A stretch of DNA of 64,000 nucleotides from Vicinamibacteria bacterium (GTDB lineage Bacteria > Acidobacteriota > Vicinamibacteria > Marinacidobacterales > Marinacidobacteraceae). A model generated the notes under the pieces. It made no database searches, was not told the origin of the DNA, and was given only the letters and a program-made list of their open reading frames with translations. The translations under genes were made by a program, and so were the position numbers. Positions 31,731 to 42,678 of this stretch are shown here, one piece after another; position 1 is the stretch's first letter, and the number at the start of each line of letters is the position of its first letter. The stretch spans positions 1,216,001 to 1,280,000 of the forward strand of contig OY729431.1 in assembly GCA_963422395.1 (NCBI GenBank), read 5' to 3'.

Positions 31731-31816
31731 TGGTGCCGAAGGGGGGACTCGAACCCCCACGGGATAACTCCCATACGCCCCTCAAGCGCACGTGTCTACC
31801 ATTCCACCACTTCGGC
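31731..31816 (-). tRNA. tRNA-Leu(GAG)
   Basis: GCCGAAGTGGTGGAATGGTAGAC...TTGAGGG...GGTTCGAGTCCC...GGCACCA with a long variable arm; follows secG. Confidence 0.95.
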
Positions 31817-31832
31817 ATTCCACCACTTCGGC
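31801..31832. repeat. Tandem duplication of the first 16 nt of tRNA-Leu
   Basis: ATTCCACCACTTCGGC twice (31801-31816 and 31817-31832). Confidence 0.9.
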
Positions 31833-31894
31833 GGAGGCGAGCCCCCGCAGTCGGCGCGCCGGACGGCAGCCCGGAATCATAGGCGGCCCCGGGA

Positions 31895-32278
31895 TCAGTC
31901 CGAAGGATCCGATTCGGGCTCGGAGGCTTCCTCTTCGGGGCTTTCGCGCTCTCCGCTCTCCGGCGTGTCCCCCGGAGGTTCTTCCTCGGGTTCCATGGGC
32001 GCGGCGGGAACGCTGACCCCCGGCACATCCACGACCGTTTCGGCATCGACGCCGCCCTGGACATATCCGAGCAGCAGGGAGGTGACCATGAAGGTCGCCG
32101 CAGCGCCGGCGGTGATCTTGGTGAGTAGCGTCGCGGTGCCGCGGGCCCCGAAGGCCGCCTGGGTGCCGGCGCCGCCGAAGGCACTCGCCAAGTCTTGCCC
32201 CTTGCCCTGCTGCGTCAGCACCACGAGCACGAGGAAGACGCAGACCAGGATGTGAAAGATAGTCAGCAGAATCGTCAT
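31895..32278 (-). CDS. secG: Preprotein translocase subunit SecG
   Basis: 'LVVLTQQGKGQDLASAFGGAG...FGARG...LTKIT'; downstream of tpiA. Confidence 0.95.
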   Translation of the reverse strand: MTILLTIFHILVCVFLVLVVLTQQGKGQDLASAFGGAGTQAAFGARGTATLLTKITAGAAATFMVTSLLLGYVQGGVDAETVVDVPGVSVPAAPMEPEEEPPGDTPESGERESPEEEASEPESDPSD

Positions 32279-32296
32279 GGGGAGAGAGGGGCCGGG

Positions 32297-33073
32297 TCAG
32301 CCGGCGGCCCGACAGATGCTCAGGAAGGAGTCGGCGCGGAGGCTCGCCCCGCCCACCAGCACGCCATCCACATCGAGGCCGGCCAAGATGGCACCGGCAT
32401 TATCGCTCTTGACCGATCCTCCGTAAAGGATCGGCATCGCCGCCGCAGCTGCATCTCCGGCGAGCTCGGAGATCGCGCGGCGGATGGTCTCGTGCATCGC
32501 CTGGGCGGTTTCGGGGGTGGCGTTTCGTCCGGTACCGATGGCCCAGACGGGCTCGTAGGCCACTACGAGGCGTTCGAGCTCCGCGGGCGAGAGGCCGCGG
32601 ACCACGGCTCCGAGCTGCGCCCGCACCGCCGCGGCGGCCTGGCCGGCGTCGCGCTCGGCCGCGGTCTCTCCCACACAGAGCACCGGACACATTGCGGCGG
32701 CGAGAACCGCTCGGGCCTTGCGCCGCACCTCGTCGTCGCGATCTCCGAAGAGGTGGCGCCGCTCGGAGTGGCCCACCAGAACTCCGCCGCATCCGGCTGC
32801 CGCGAGCATCGGGGCTGAAACTGCCCCGGTGTAGGCGCCCTCCGCTTCGGGAAACACATCTTGCCCGAGCACGCAGGCGGAACTCCCGGAGAGCGCTTCG
32901 GCGACGGTGCTCAGTGCGGGAAAGGGAGGAGCCACTCCGACCCGAGCTCGAGGCCGGCCGAGCCCCTGCGCGATGGCGCGGGCGAGTTCCACCGCCTCGG
33001 GCAGGGTCTTGTGCATCTTCCAGTTGCCGATCACCATCGGGCGGCGGGCGGGGGTCGGTTCAGACATCGGCAT
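32297..33073 (-). CDS. tpiA: Triosephosphate isomerase
   Basis: 'GNWKM', 'VGHSERR', 'AYEPVWAIGTG', 'LYGGSV', 'LVGGASL'. Confidence 0.98.
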   Translation of the reverse strand: MPMSEPTPARRPMVIGNWKMHKTLPEAVELARAIAQGLGRPRARVGVAPPFPALSTVAEALSGSSACVLGQDVFPEAEGAYTGAVSAPMLAAAGCGGVLVGHSERRHLFGDRDDEVRRKARAVLAAAMCPVLCVGETAAERDAGQAAAAVRAQLGAVVRGLSPAELERLVVAYEPVWAIGTGRNATPETAQAMHETIRRAISELAGDAAAAAMPILYGGSVKSDNAGAILAGLDVDGVLVGGASLRADSFLSICRAAG

Positions 33074-34268
33074 TCCGGGCGTTGGTCAGGGCCTCCACTC
33101 CTGGAAGCGGCTGGCCGGCGAGAAAGGCGAGCGAGGCGCCGCCGCCGGTGGACCGGTGGGTGATCCGGCGGCCCACTCCGGTGCGCCGCAGCGCCGCGAG
33201 CGAGTCTCCGCCCCCCACCATCGTGGCGGCGCCTCGGCCGGTGGCTTCGGCGACTGCCCGCGCTACCGCGCTGGTGCCGCCTGCGAATCGAGAGTCTTCG
33301 AAGAGCCCCATCGGGCCGTTCCAGAAGACGGTCGCCGCCTCCACGATCGCGGCGGCGAACAGAGTACGGGAGGAGGGGCCGATATCGAGGCCCATCCAGT
33401 CTTCCGGAATTCGGTCCACCGGTAGTTCGCGAACCGGACCGGGGTTTCGTCCCGGTGCGGCGAGGTGGTCCGAGGGGAGAAGGAGGCGGTCCCGGTGTGC
33501 GCGCAGCAGCGCGGCGGCCTCGGCGACCCTCTCTGGTTCGACGAGCGAGCGGCCGGTGGGGAAGCCGAGGGCGGCGAAGAAGGTGTAGGCCATCGCACCT
33601 CCGATCAGGATCCGGTCGGCATGCCCGAGCAGCGAGCGGATCACGGGCAGTTTGCCGGCGATCTTGGCTCCCCCGAGGATGGCCACGAACGGGCGCGGTG
33701 GATCGTTCAGGGCGAGGCCGAGAGCACGGAGTTCCGTTTCCATCAGCGGGCCGGCTGCCGCCCTCGGAAAGCGTTGAGCGCAGGCGTCCACCGAAGCGTG
33801 AGAGCGGTGCGCCGCCCCGAAGGCGTCGTTCGCGTACTCGTCGCCGAACGCGGCGAGCGCGGCGGCGAAATCCGGGCGGTTCGCGGTTTCTCCGGGATGG
33901 AAGCGCAGATTCTCGAGCAGCAGGGTTTCCCCCGGAGCGAGCCGGTCGGCGGCCCGGTCGGAACTGGCGCCCACCGGCTCGGCACGGAACCGGACCGGCT
34001 GGCCGAGCAGCTCTTCGAGGCAACGGGCTACCGGGCGCAGACTGAGGGACTCCTTCGGAACCCCGCCGGGGCGGCCGAGGTGGGAAGCCAGCACCACTGC
34101 GGCGCCGGCCTGGTGCGCGGCCTCGATGGCCGGAAGCGCGGCGGAAATCCGCGTGTCGTCACTCACCTCGCCCCCGGCGAGCGGCGTGTTCAAGTCGGTC
34201 CGCAGGAGCAGCTGCCGGCCGTGGAGGTCGAGATCGGCAAGCCGCAGTTTCCGGAATCGCTCGAGCAC
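33060..34268 (-). CDS. pgk: Phosphoglycerate kinase
   Basis: 'RTDLNTP', 'SHLGRP', 'LLENLRF', 'NDAFGAAHR', 'WNGPMG', 'STGGGASL'. Confidence 0.98.
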   Translation of the reverse strand: MLERFRKLRLADLDLHGRQLLLRTDLNTPLAGGEVSDDTRISAALPAIEAAHQAGAAVVLASHLGRPGGVPKESLSLRPVARCLEELLGQPVRFRAEPVGASSDRAADRLAPGETLLLENLRFHPGETANRPDFAAALAAFGDEYANDAFGAAHRSHASVDACAQRFPRAAAGPLMETELRALGLALNDPPRPFVAILGGAKIAGKLPVIRSLLGHADRILIGGAMAYTFFAALGFPTGRSLVEPERVAEAAALLRAHRDRLLLPSDHLAAPGRNPGPVRELPVDRIPEDWMGLDIGPSSRTLFAAAIVEAATVFWNGPMGLFEDSRFAGGTSAVARAVAEATGRGAATMVGGGDSLAALRRTGVGRRITHRSTGGGASLAFLAGQPLPGVEALTNARNADV

Positions 34269-34350
34269 AGCGGCGCGAACCTTACGATATCCGGGGCATC
34301 CTCCGAAGGATCACCGGCGGCTACGATCCTTTCCGCATTCGCCCTCCGAC

Positions 34351-34935
34351 ATGAGCATTTCCACCGCACGCGGCGACGACGGGACGACCCAGGTCGCGGA
34401 CCGCCGGACTTCGAAGGGCTCTTGCGAAGTCGAGGCACTCGGTGCGCTCGACGAGCTGGTGTCGGCGCTCGGTTTCGCGCGGTCGCTGACCGGCGATGAC
34501 AGAATTCGGGAGCGCGCGGAAGGGCTGCAGCGCGTGCTCTTCCGAGTCTCGGCGGGGATCGGCGCGCCCGCCAGACCGAAGGGCAGGGAACAGACGCTCC
34601 CGGACGGACTCCTGGCCGAGATCACCACGGAGGTTCGGGAACTCGAAAATCGCCAGGGGATGCTCTCCGACTGGGCGCTGCCCGGCGGTCACACCGCCGC
34701 GGCCGCGTTCGATCTGGCGCGTACCGCCTGCCGGCGGGCCGAGCGGGCGCTGGTCCGCCTCACCGAGGCTCCCTCCGCCGAAACGGAGAAAACAGCCCCA
34801 GTCGCCCCGGAATCCCTCGCCCTGCTGAACCGGATGTCGGACTTGCTCTGGCTCTACGGACGGGTCCTCGAACACGAATCCGGAGTGAACAGCGCTTTGG
34901 CCGGCTCCTCGTCCGGGGCGCAGCCGCAGCGCTGA
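34351..34935 (+). CDS. PduO-type ATP:cob(I)alamin adenosyltransferase
   Basis: 'ISTARGDDGTT', 'GALDELVS', 'ARTACRRAER', 'LNRMSDLL'. Confidence 0.88.
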   Translation: MSISTARGDDGTTQVADRRTSKGSCEVEALGALDELVSALGFARSLTGDDRIRERAEGLQRVLFRVSAGIGAPARPKGREQTLPDGLLAEITTEVRELENRQGMLSDWALPGGHTAAAAFDLARTACRRAERALVRLTEAPSAETEKTAPVAPESLALLNRMSDLLWLYGRVLEHESGVNSALAGSSSGAQPQR

Positions 34936-35068
34936 AGCGTCTTACTGTCGCTTGCTGCACCGACACGATGCGCCGGCCGCTCGATCTGCCCAGCCGGAAG
35001 GATCTGCGGCTGGCGATGCCCCCCGGTCCGCTGCCACTTCATAGGGAGGTCTCCTGCCACAGTTTTAG

Positions 35069-35430
35069 CAGCCCGTGGAAAAACTACCCTAATCGGTGAG
35101 GATCAGCGGCCCCGGAGGGGGTGCCGTGATCGGCGCAGTACGGCGTGCGGGCGCGGTCTGCGCGGGCAAACCGCCCGACAGGGCGCTATCCAGGCCCAGG
35201 CGGGCGTTTCCCGGCTCCGGTAGGCGAAAATGAGAGCGAAAAGCGCGGCGCCGACCGCGGCCGCGCGCCCCTGCAGTCGTCGCGGCTTGCCGATTCCGCA
35301 CCGGTGGCGCATCAGCAGCCCGAGGTCGAAGCCGGCTGCCTGGATCGACAGCCGCTTCCCGATGTTCCCCCGTCCGCGCAAATACAGCCGCCGCATCCCC
35401 CCGGTCTCGTAACAGGCGTTACCGTGCCGA
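35069..35430 (-). mobile_element. IS1182-like element remnant (transposase C-terminus plus right end)
   Basis: 'YETGGMRRLYLRGRGNIGKRLSIQAAGFDLGLLMR'; terminal TTTTTCCACGGGCTG followed by CTAA; upstream boundary approximate. Confidence 0.7.
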
Positions 35431-35824
35431 TTTCTCTTTTGCCTTCCGCTGTCTCCACGCGCTGGAACCAAGTCGCCGAGCAAGCGAGAACTCCCTGGAA
35501 TTCCTGTCCGATTCCGTGAAACGCGATCAGGATTTCTGTCTGATCGGCGTTTCGGATCACCAAGCGCGCCCAGGAACGGTAAGTATGTGTGTCGGCGAAA
35601 TACTCTAGTCGCTTGGCAGTTTGGATGATCTGGTATTGAAAGAAATGACTCCGCTCGCCATTTCTGGATTCGCAAGGCTTCCGTGCGGGATCACTGCCGC
35701 CCGTATGCCTTGCTCGATGAGAAGTTGGGTGATGCCGCGATCCAGGGCCGTAGCTGCCCCGAGATCGCTGACGCCGACCGCGTTTGCGCTGAAATGGAGG
35801 ATGCGGCTCGCCGGCTGCCGGTGG

Positions 35825-36916
<1,092 letters not shown>

Positions 36917-36961
36917 TCAACGAACCTCGGGAATTCGGTGCGCCTGTTTGGGGACTTAAAA

Positions 36962-37030
36962 ATATGAGTGATTATCACTAAGATAATCGTAGTCTTTCTG
37001 TTTGATATTTATCGGATGCGTTGCTATAGT
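36962..37030 (+). promoter_or_regulatory. hsp20 promoter with upstream HAIR-like operator
   Basis: ATATGAGT-N7-ACTAAGAT (36962-36984); TTGATA(37002)-17 bp-TATAGT(37025); AT-rich island. Confidence 0.65.
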
Positions 37031-37139
37031 GACTTCTGTCAGGCGAAATCACTCGGCTGACGGACCCCGGGGTTGGCTCGGCGCCACGCCCGATCCGGCC
37101 CCCGCAGACACCAGGAGACCCAACCTGAGGAGACTTGCC

Positions 37140-37604
37140 ATGACGCATCTCACTCTTTTCGATCGGCCGTTCTCGCGGCTGTTCGTCGATCCGTTCTTCG
37201 GCTTGCCCGCCGGCTTCGGCGACGGAGAACCCGGCGGAGTCCGCTGGGCTCCGCCGGTGGATGTCCGCGACTCCGACTCGGAGTTTCGGATCGAGGCGGA
37301 GCTGCCGGGGATTCCCCGCGACCACCTTTCGGTCCGGTTCCATGACGGCCGGCTGACCCTCGAGGGGCACCGAGACGGGGGCGTCGAGACCGAATCGGGG
37401 GGCGAAGGCGGCGAGCCGAGCACCGCGCCGGCTGGCTGGACGCAGCGCGAGCGGATCACCGGGAAGTTCCGCCGGATTTTCGAAGTGCCGGACACCGTGG
37501 ATCCTTCCGGGATCCGCGCCGAGTCGAAGGACGGCGTGCTGACCGTCGTGCTCCCCAAGGTCGAGAAGGCGCAGCCGCGCCAGATCGAAGTCAGCGTCCA
37601 CTGA
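37140..37604 (+). CDS. Hsp20/alpha-crystallin small heat shock protein
   Basis: 'WAPPVDV', 'AELPG', 'RER..GKFRR.F', 'DGVLTVVLPK'; GAGGAG RBS. Confidence 0.95.
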   Translation: MTHLTLFDRPFSRLFVDPFFGLPAGFGDGEPGGVRWAPPVDVRDSDSEFRIEAELPGIPRDHLSVRFHDGRLTLEGHRDGGVETESGGEGGEPSTAPAGWTQRERITGKFRRIFEVPDTVDPSGIRAESKDGVLTVVLPKVEKAQPRQIEVSVH

Positions 37605-37702
37605 TCGGGAGGGACACTCCGGGGGCCGGCGCGTGCGCCGGCTCTCGGGCGGTGCGCTCCGGGGGGCGGCCGACGGCGCTGCGGCGTCCGAACGCCCCGG
37701 GC

Positions 37703-38008
37703 TCAGTCCGTTTGACGGTCGAGGCCGGGAACGACCCGCCGGCTCTTGACCATCTCTTCGTCGTAGTAACGCCGATAGAGGATGTCCCAGGTCTCGGTGC
37801 CCTGTTGGACCGTTCGGCTCTGGCTGTCGATCTTCCGGCGGACGATCTGATCGATTCGTTCGTCGTCTTCGAGTTCCGAATTGATGATCCGCATGATCAT
37901 GCGCCGGATGTCGCTGTCCTCGGCGTAGAACTCCACGGTCTCGTCGGCGCGCAGCAGATCGAGGACCTGGTTCGCCAAGTGGTTGATCTTGCCGGTGGTC
38001 AGCCGCAT
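37703..38008 (-). CDS. DUF507 family protein
   Basis: 'MRL...KINHLA...IDQIVRRKI...EGT-like WDILYRRYYDEE'. Confidence 0.75.
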   Translation of the reverse strand: MRLTTGKINHLANQVLDLLRADETVEFYAEDSDIRRMIMRIINSELEDDERIDQIVRRKIDSQSRTVQQGTETWDILYRRYYDEEMVKSRRVVPGLDRQTD

Positions 38009-38015
38009 CGCCGTC

Positions 38016-38294
38016 TCAGAGGATGATTCCCTGCTCGCGCGCGAGGCGTTTCTTCACCAGCTTGAACATCTCGCGATATTCGACTCCGCCGGTGCGGATC
38101 TCCTCGCCGTAGCCTTCGAGCAGCTTCCGGACCTCCTCGTTCAGGTCGTCTTCCTGTTGGAGACTCTCGGTGATCATCTCCACGATGGAATCCACCAGGG
38201 CGTTCGGATCTTCGGGATCGATGAGGCCGGCTACCTGTAGATCGTCGGTGATCCGGTAGCCGAGAAAATGGATCTGGCTCTTGGTCAGACGCAT
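38016..38294 (-). CDS. DUF507 family protein
   Basis: 'MRL...EDDLNEEVRKLL...YREMFKLVKKRLARE'; tandem paralogue. Confidence 0.8.
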   Translation of the reverse strand: MRLTKSQIHFLGYRITDDLQVAGLIDPEDPNALVDSIVEMITESLQQEDDLNEEVRKLLEGYGEEIRTGGVEYREMFKLVKKRLAREQGIIL

Positions 38295-38406
38295 AGCGCG
38301 CAGCCCGTGATCCTATCACAGGAAGAGGGGATGAAGCATCCGGGACTCCGGGTCGGAGAGGGCTTCCTTTGGGTGGCTGTTAGAATCCCACGCTGTTGCG
38401 AGCAAT

Positions 38407-38484
38407 GGGGTCGTAGTTCAGTTGGTCCAGAACGCCGGCCTGTCACGCCGGAGGTCGCGGGTTCGAGTCCCGTCGGCCCCGCCA
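38407..38484 (+). tRNA. tRNA-Asp(GTC)
   Basis: GGGGTCGTAGTTCAGTTGG...CCGGCCTGTCACGCCGG...GGTTCGAGTCCC...CCCCGCCA; TGnTAGAAT upstream. Confidence 0.97.
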
Positions 38485-38578
38485 TTCGCCGCTTTCCGGT
38501 ACGGCGCTCCGGCGCCCTGTTCAACGGGCTGATCCTTGGGGAAATCCGAGGAGAGAGGGCCCCATGAGGATGGATTCG

Positions 38579-38806
38579 ATGAAGATCTCGATCACGTATT
38601 GCGTCGTTTGAAACTACCTTCCGAACGCCGCCAGTCTGGCGGCGGCCATCGAGAAGTCACGCGGCGTCGAGCCTGAACTCATCGAAGGCAGCAAGGGCGT
38701 CTTCGATGTCCGGTTGGACGGCGAGCTGATCTACTCCAAGTACGACACCGGCCGCTTCCCCGAACCCGCGGAAGTCCTCGACCGGATCCCGGCCTCGGCG
38801 AACTGA
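38579..38806 (+). CDS. SelT/SelW/SelH (Rdx) family selenoprotein, UGA at 38609 read as Sec
   Basis: MKISITYCVV-U-NYLPNAASLA...GSKGVFDV...LIYSK..TGRFPEP; CxxU motif; hairpin at 38626-38644; alternative in-frame start at 38564. Confidence 0.9.
38626..38644 (+). promoter_or_regulatory. Putative bacterial SECIS hairpin
   Basis: CGCCGCCA-GTC-TGGCGGCG, 14 nt after the in-frame UGA. Confidence 0.7.
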
Positions 38807-38896
38807 CCTCCTCCCGGTAGGGAGAAGAAGGAAACGTCTCTCCCGTTTTCGGCATGATTCGCGCTGTCTCCCGGAGAGTTTCCCTGACCGTCTTCC

Positions 38897-40378
38897 GTGC
38901 CTGACCCCGCGATCCTCCCGAACTTCATCGGCGGCAGCTACCAGGTTTCCCCGGCGACCGAGACGCTCGGGGTCTGGAACCCCGCGACCGGGGAGCTGCT
39001 CTCGCGGATTCCGCTTTCGGGGCCGGAGGAGGTGGGGCGGGCGGTCCGGGAGGCTCGCAGGGCACTCGACGAGTGGAAGGAGATGCCGCCTACCGAGCGG
39101 GTGCAGCCGCTCTTTCGCCTCAAAGCCCTTCTCGAACGCGACTTCGAGGAGATTTCGCGGGGCGTCACGATCGAGTGCGGGAAGACGCTCGCCGAGGCGC
39201 GCGGCGAAGTGCGCCGGGCGATCGAGAATGTCGAGGTCGCCTGCGGCATCCCCTCATCGATGCAGGGGCGGATGCTCGAAAACATCGCAGACGGAATCGA
39301 CGAGCTGATGATCCGCCAGCCGGTGGGCGTCGCCGCGGTGATCGTGCCCTTCAACTTTCCCGCGATGATCCCGTTCTGGTTCCTGCCGTATGCGCTCGCC
39401 TGCGGCAACCCGGTGGTACTCAAGCCTTCCGAGAAGGCCCCGCTCACCATGCATCGAGTGATGGCGCTCCTCGAGGAGGCGGGGTTCCCGCCGGGGGTGG
39501 TCCAGCTGACCCACGGAGGGCGTGAGGCGGTCGAGACGCTCCTCGATCACCCGGACATCGCCGCGGTGAGCTTCGTCGGCTCCTCTCCGGTCGCCCGCCG
39601 AGTCTATTCCCGCGCCGCAGCTGCCGGAAAGCGGGTCCAGTGTCAGGGCGGCGCGAAGAATCCGGTAGTGGTGCTCGATGACGCCGATCTCGACGCCGCT
39701 GCGGCCACCGTCGCCGAGAGCGCCTTCGGTTGTGCGGGCCAGCGCTGTCTCGCCGCCTCGCTGGCGGTCACCGTGGGCTCGGCACGCGAGCCCTTTCGGG
39801 AGCGGATCGCCGCCGCTGCCGAACAGCGAGTGGTCGGATCGGGGCTCGACGAAGCGGTGGAGATGGGGCCGGTGATCCGCGGCGAGAGCCGGGAGCGGAT
39901 CGAACGGCTGATCGGGCGCGCGGTGGACGAGGAGGCCGCGAGAGTCGTGGTGGACGGCCGCGGCGCTCGGGTTCCCGGTCTCGAAGGCGGTTTCTTCGTG
40001 CGTCCCACGGTACTCGACGGCCTGCCCGCCGCCGGCCCGACGGTGCGGACCGAGATCTTCGGCCCGGTACTCGGGCTCCTCTCGGTGGATTCGGTCGCCG
40101 AAGCGGTCGAGTTCGTGAACGGCGGCGAGTTCGGCAACATGGCCTCGGTCTTCACGAACGACGGGCGCGCCGCCCGCCGCTTCCGCCACGAAGTGCAGAC
40201 CGGCAATGTGGGCATCAATGTCGGGGTCGCCGCGCCGATGGCGTTCTTCCCGTTCAGCGGCTGGCGCGGCAGCTTCTTCGGCGACCTCCACGCCCAGGGC
40301 GCCCACGCGGTCGAGTTCTACACCCAGACCAAGGTCGTGGTGGAGCGTTGGCCGCGGAACGCTTCGCAGCGCTTCTGA
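38897..40378 (+). CDS. mmsA: CoA-acylating methylmalonate-semialdehyde dehydrogenase
   Basis: 'PFNFPAMIP', 'LKPSE', 'FVGS', 'GGAKN', 'AFGCAGQRC', 'EIFGPV', 'FPFSGW..SFFGDLH'. Confidence 0.92.
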   Translation: MPDPAILPNFIGGSYQVSPATETLGVWNPATGELLSRIPLSGPEEVGRAVREARRALDEWKEMPPTERVQPLFRLKALLERDFEEISRGVTIECGKTLAEARGEVRRAIENVEVACGIPSSMQGRMLENIADGIDELMIRQPVGVAAVIVPFNFPAMIPFWFLPYALACGNPVVLKPSEKAPLTMHRVMALLEEAGFPPGVVQLTHGGREAVETLLDHPDIAAVSFVGSSPVARRVYSRAAAAGKRVQCQGGAKNPVVVLDDADLDAAAATVAESAFGCAGQRCLAASLAVTVGSAREPFRERIAAAAEQRVVGSGLDEAVEMGPVIRGESRERIERLIGRAVDEEAARVVVDGRGARVPGLEGGFFVRPTVLDGLPAAGPTVRTEIFGPVLGLLSVDSVAEAVEFVNGGEFGNMASVFTNDGRAARRFRHEVQTGNVGINVGVAAPMAFFPFSGWRGSFFGDLHAQGAHAVEFYTQTKVVVERWPRNASQRF

Positions 40379-40483
40379 AACGCCGAACCGAAGCGTTGGA
40401 CGGCCGGTACCTCCGGTATCGAACAGGCCGGTGCCGGGCATGCCGGTGCCAGGCAGGATTGCCGCGGCGGTTCTGAATTTCTG

Positions 40484-41275
40484 ATGTCGGACCCCGTCCG
40501 CAAGGCGAAGGGACTCCCGCGCCGAAGCGGCGTCGAAGCCGGCAGGGCCGGCAGCCAGGTCTGGATCCGAATGGTCAGGGCAGGGTGGAAGCCGGCGCTC
40601 TGGGGCGTCTTTCTAGCGAATGTGCTGCTCTGGCCGCTGCTCCTGCCCGGCGTTGGGGGAGCGTCGGCCGCGCTGCCGGATTGGATGCCCACGCACCCCG
40701 CCGCGCTGATCGCCCTCCACGCCATCGCCAGCGCGGTCGCGCTGCCGAACACTCCGTTCTGCGTCGCCGCCGGGCTGTTCTTCGGCCTGGGGCGGGGGAT
40801 GCTCTTCGCCTCGCTCGGGGCCTTCCTCGGCTCGCTCGCCGCCTTCGCCGCAGGAAGGCTCTTCCGGCGCTTGCTGTCGCGGCGCTTCCGCAGGAGTCCG
40901 ATCCGGCGCTTCTCCCGCGTGGAGAGCATCTTCGCCGCCCTGGGCGGTGCCGGGTTTCGCACCGTGGCTCTGACCCGTCTCTCTCCCCTGCTGCCCTTTC
41001 CGGTCCAGAACTTCGGCTGGGCGGTCACCCGCGTCCGCTTCCGCGCCTACGCCCTCGGCTCGCTGCTGGCCGTTCCCGTCGGCGCTTCCTTCTTCGCCCA
41101 CCTCGGAGCGGCCGGGAGCGCAGGAGCTAGCCTCGCCACCGATCGTTTCCGCTGGTCGGCAGTCCTCACCGTGATCGGAGTTGTCGCCACCTTCCTCCTG
41201 ATCCGTCGACTGAGTCGCTTCGCCGACCGTGCCCTCCGCGACCGGATAGCGGGAGGGGCCGACGGCCCCCCGTAG
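40484..41275 (+). CDS. TVP38/TMEM64 (VTT/DedA-like) membrane protein
   Basis: 'AAGLFFG', 'LTRLSPLLPFPVQNF'. Confidence 0.85.
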   Translation: MSDPVRKAKGLPRRSGVEAGRAGSQVWIRMVRAGWKPALWGVFLANVLLWPLLLPGVGGASAALPDWMPTHPAALIALHAIASAVALPNTPFCVAAGLFFGLGRGMLFASLGAFLGSLAAFAAGRLFRRLLSRRFRRSPIRRFSRVESIFAALGGAGFRTVALTRLSPLLPFPVQNFGWAVTRVRFRAYALGSLLAVPVGASFFAHLGAAGSAGASLATDRFRWSAVLTVIGVVATFLLIRRLSRFADRALRDRIAGGADGPP

Positions 41276-41349
41276 ATTCCTAGCCGCGCTCGCCGCCGCC
41301 TTCCCCCGGAAGAGGCGAAAGTGCCGGCGAACCGCGCGCGTTCCCGGAG

Positions 41350-41377
41350 AAAAAGGGGGAGGTCCGCCGACCCCCCT
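41350..41377 (-). terminator. Probable intrinsic terminator
   Basis: Minus strand GGGGGGTC-GGCG-GACCTCCCCC then TTTTT, right after the stop at 41380. Confidence 0.6.
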
Positions 41378-41379
41378 GC

Positions 41380-42678
41380 TCAGGATCCGTCGCTGATGTC
41401 GTAGGCGAGCAGGACATCCTGGTCGCGAAGGTAGAGGAGGCCGTTCGCGACCACCGGATGGCTCCAGGTGTCCCGCCGGGAGCGCTCCGTCTCGGGGAAC
41501 CGGAAGCGTCCGCGTTCGCGGTAGCCGGCCCGCGAGGGTTCGACGAGGGCGACTTCGCCTCGTTCGCTGAAGATGTAGAGGCGGTCGTCGGCGAGCGTGA
41601 GCGAACCTTTCCGGATCGAGCGGTCGCGCCAGAAGAGCGCGCCGGTCTCGATGTCGAGGGCGCTCAGGATGGAGCCGGAAAAGCCGTAGAGCACCCCGTC
41701 GCGAAGGATCGGAGTGGCGTGGTGGGCGCGCATGTTGCGGGTGAAGTACGCCTCTTCGACGGCGACTCCGCCCGCTCCGTCGGACTGCAGTTCGAGCAGC
41801 GCGCCGCCGGTGCCGTAGTCGGAAGAGAGGAACAGGCGGACGGAGCCCTCCTCGCGAGACACCAGGATCGGAGTCGCGATGTTCGCGGTGCGGTTGGAAG
41901 CCCGGGGGTAGCTCCAGAGCAGCGCCCCATCTTCGGCCCGGACGCCCGCCGCGCGCTCGCCGCTGAAGAAGACGACATGGGGGGCGCCGGGCAGGTCCAC
42001 CGGCAGCGGCGAGGCGTAGCCCGCCTCGTCGTTCTCGGCACTCCAGAGCAGCTCCCCGGAGGCGGCGTCGAAAGCCGCGAACCCGGAGCCCTCTCCGCCC
42101 GGCGAAACCAGCAGCCGGCCGCCGAGCAGGAGCGGGGATTCGCTGATCCCCCAGGAGATGTTCCGCCCGCCGATCTCGCCGAGCAGATCCGCGTTCCAGA
42201 GAACCTGCCCGGTTGCGGCATCGAGCGTCGAGAGCCGGCCCTGTGCCCCGAGCGCGTGAACGCGCCCGGCGGCGACCGTCGGCGCCGAGCGGGGTCCATC
42301 GCCGCGTCCGTCTCGGTAGCCCTCGTCGTGCGGGGCGGCCCAGAGCTGCGCGCCCGTTTTCGCGTCGAGGGCGATCACCCACTCCCGCCCCGACACCATG
42401 CCCAGAGTGTGGATGCGGCCATCGGCGACCGCGACGGTCGAATACCCGGCGCCGAGCCCGTCAGCGCGGAAAGCCAGCGGCGGCCCCCCTTCGGGCCAGC
42501 TCTGGAGCAGCCCGGTCTCGCGGGAGATTCCGTCCCGGTTGGGGCCGCGCCACTGTGGCCAGTCTTCGCCCGGCGCGGCCCCGGTAGAGAGGAAGAGAGC
42601 GATCCCGCCCGCGAGGCCGCGGCGCGCGGTGCGCCGACCCGTTCGGGTCACGGTGTCGGCGGCTCGGCGGCGAGCCAT
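41380..42678 (-). CDS. PQQ-binding-like beta-propeller protein
   Basis: 'DWPQWRGPNRDG', repeated 'ALDAxTGxxLW', 'WSHPVVANGLLYLR'. Confidence 0.9.
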   Translation of the reverse strand: MARRRAADTVTRTGRRTARRGLAGGIALFLSTGAAPGEDWPQWRGPNRDGISRETGLLQSWPEGGPPLAFRADGLGAGYSTVAVADGRIHTLGMVSGREWVIALDAKTGAQLWAAPHDEGYRDGRGDGPRSAPTVAAGRVHALGAQGRLSTLDAATGQVLWNADLLGEIGGRNISWGISESPLLLGGRLLVSPGGEGSGFAAFDAASGELLWSAENDEAGYASPLPVDLPGAPHVVFFSGERAAGVRAEDGALLWSYPRASNRTANIATPILVSREEGSVRLFLSSDYGTGGALLELQSDGAGGVAVEEAYFTRNMRAHHATPILRDGVLYGFSGSILSALDIETGALFWRDRSIRKGSLTLADDRLYIFSERGEVALVEPSRAGYRERGRFRFPETERSRRDTWSHPVVANGLLYLRDQDVLLAYDISDGS

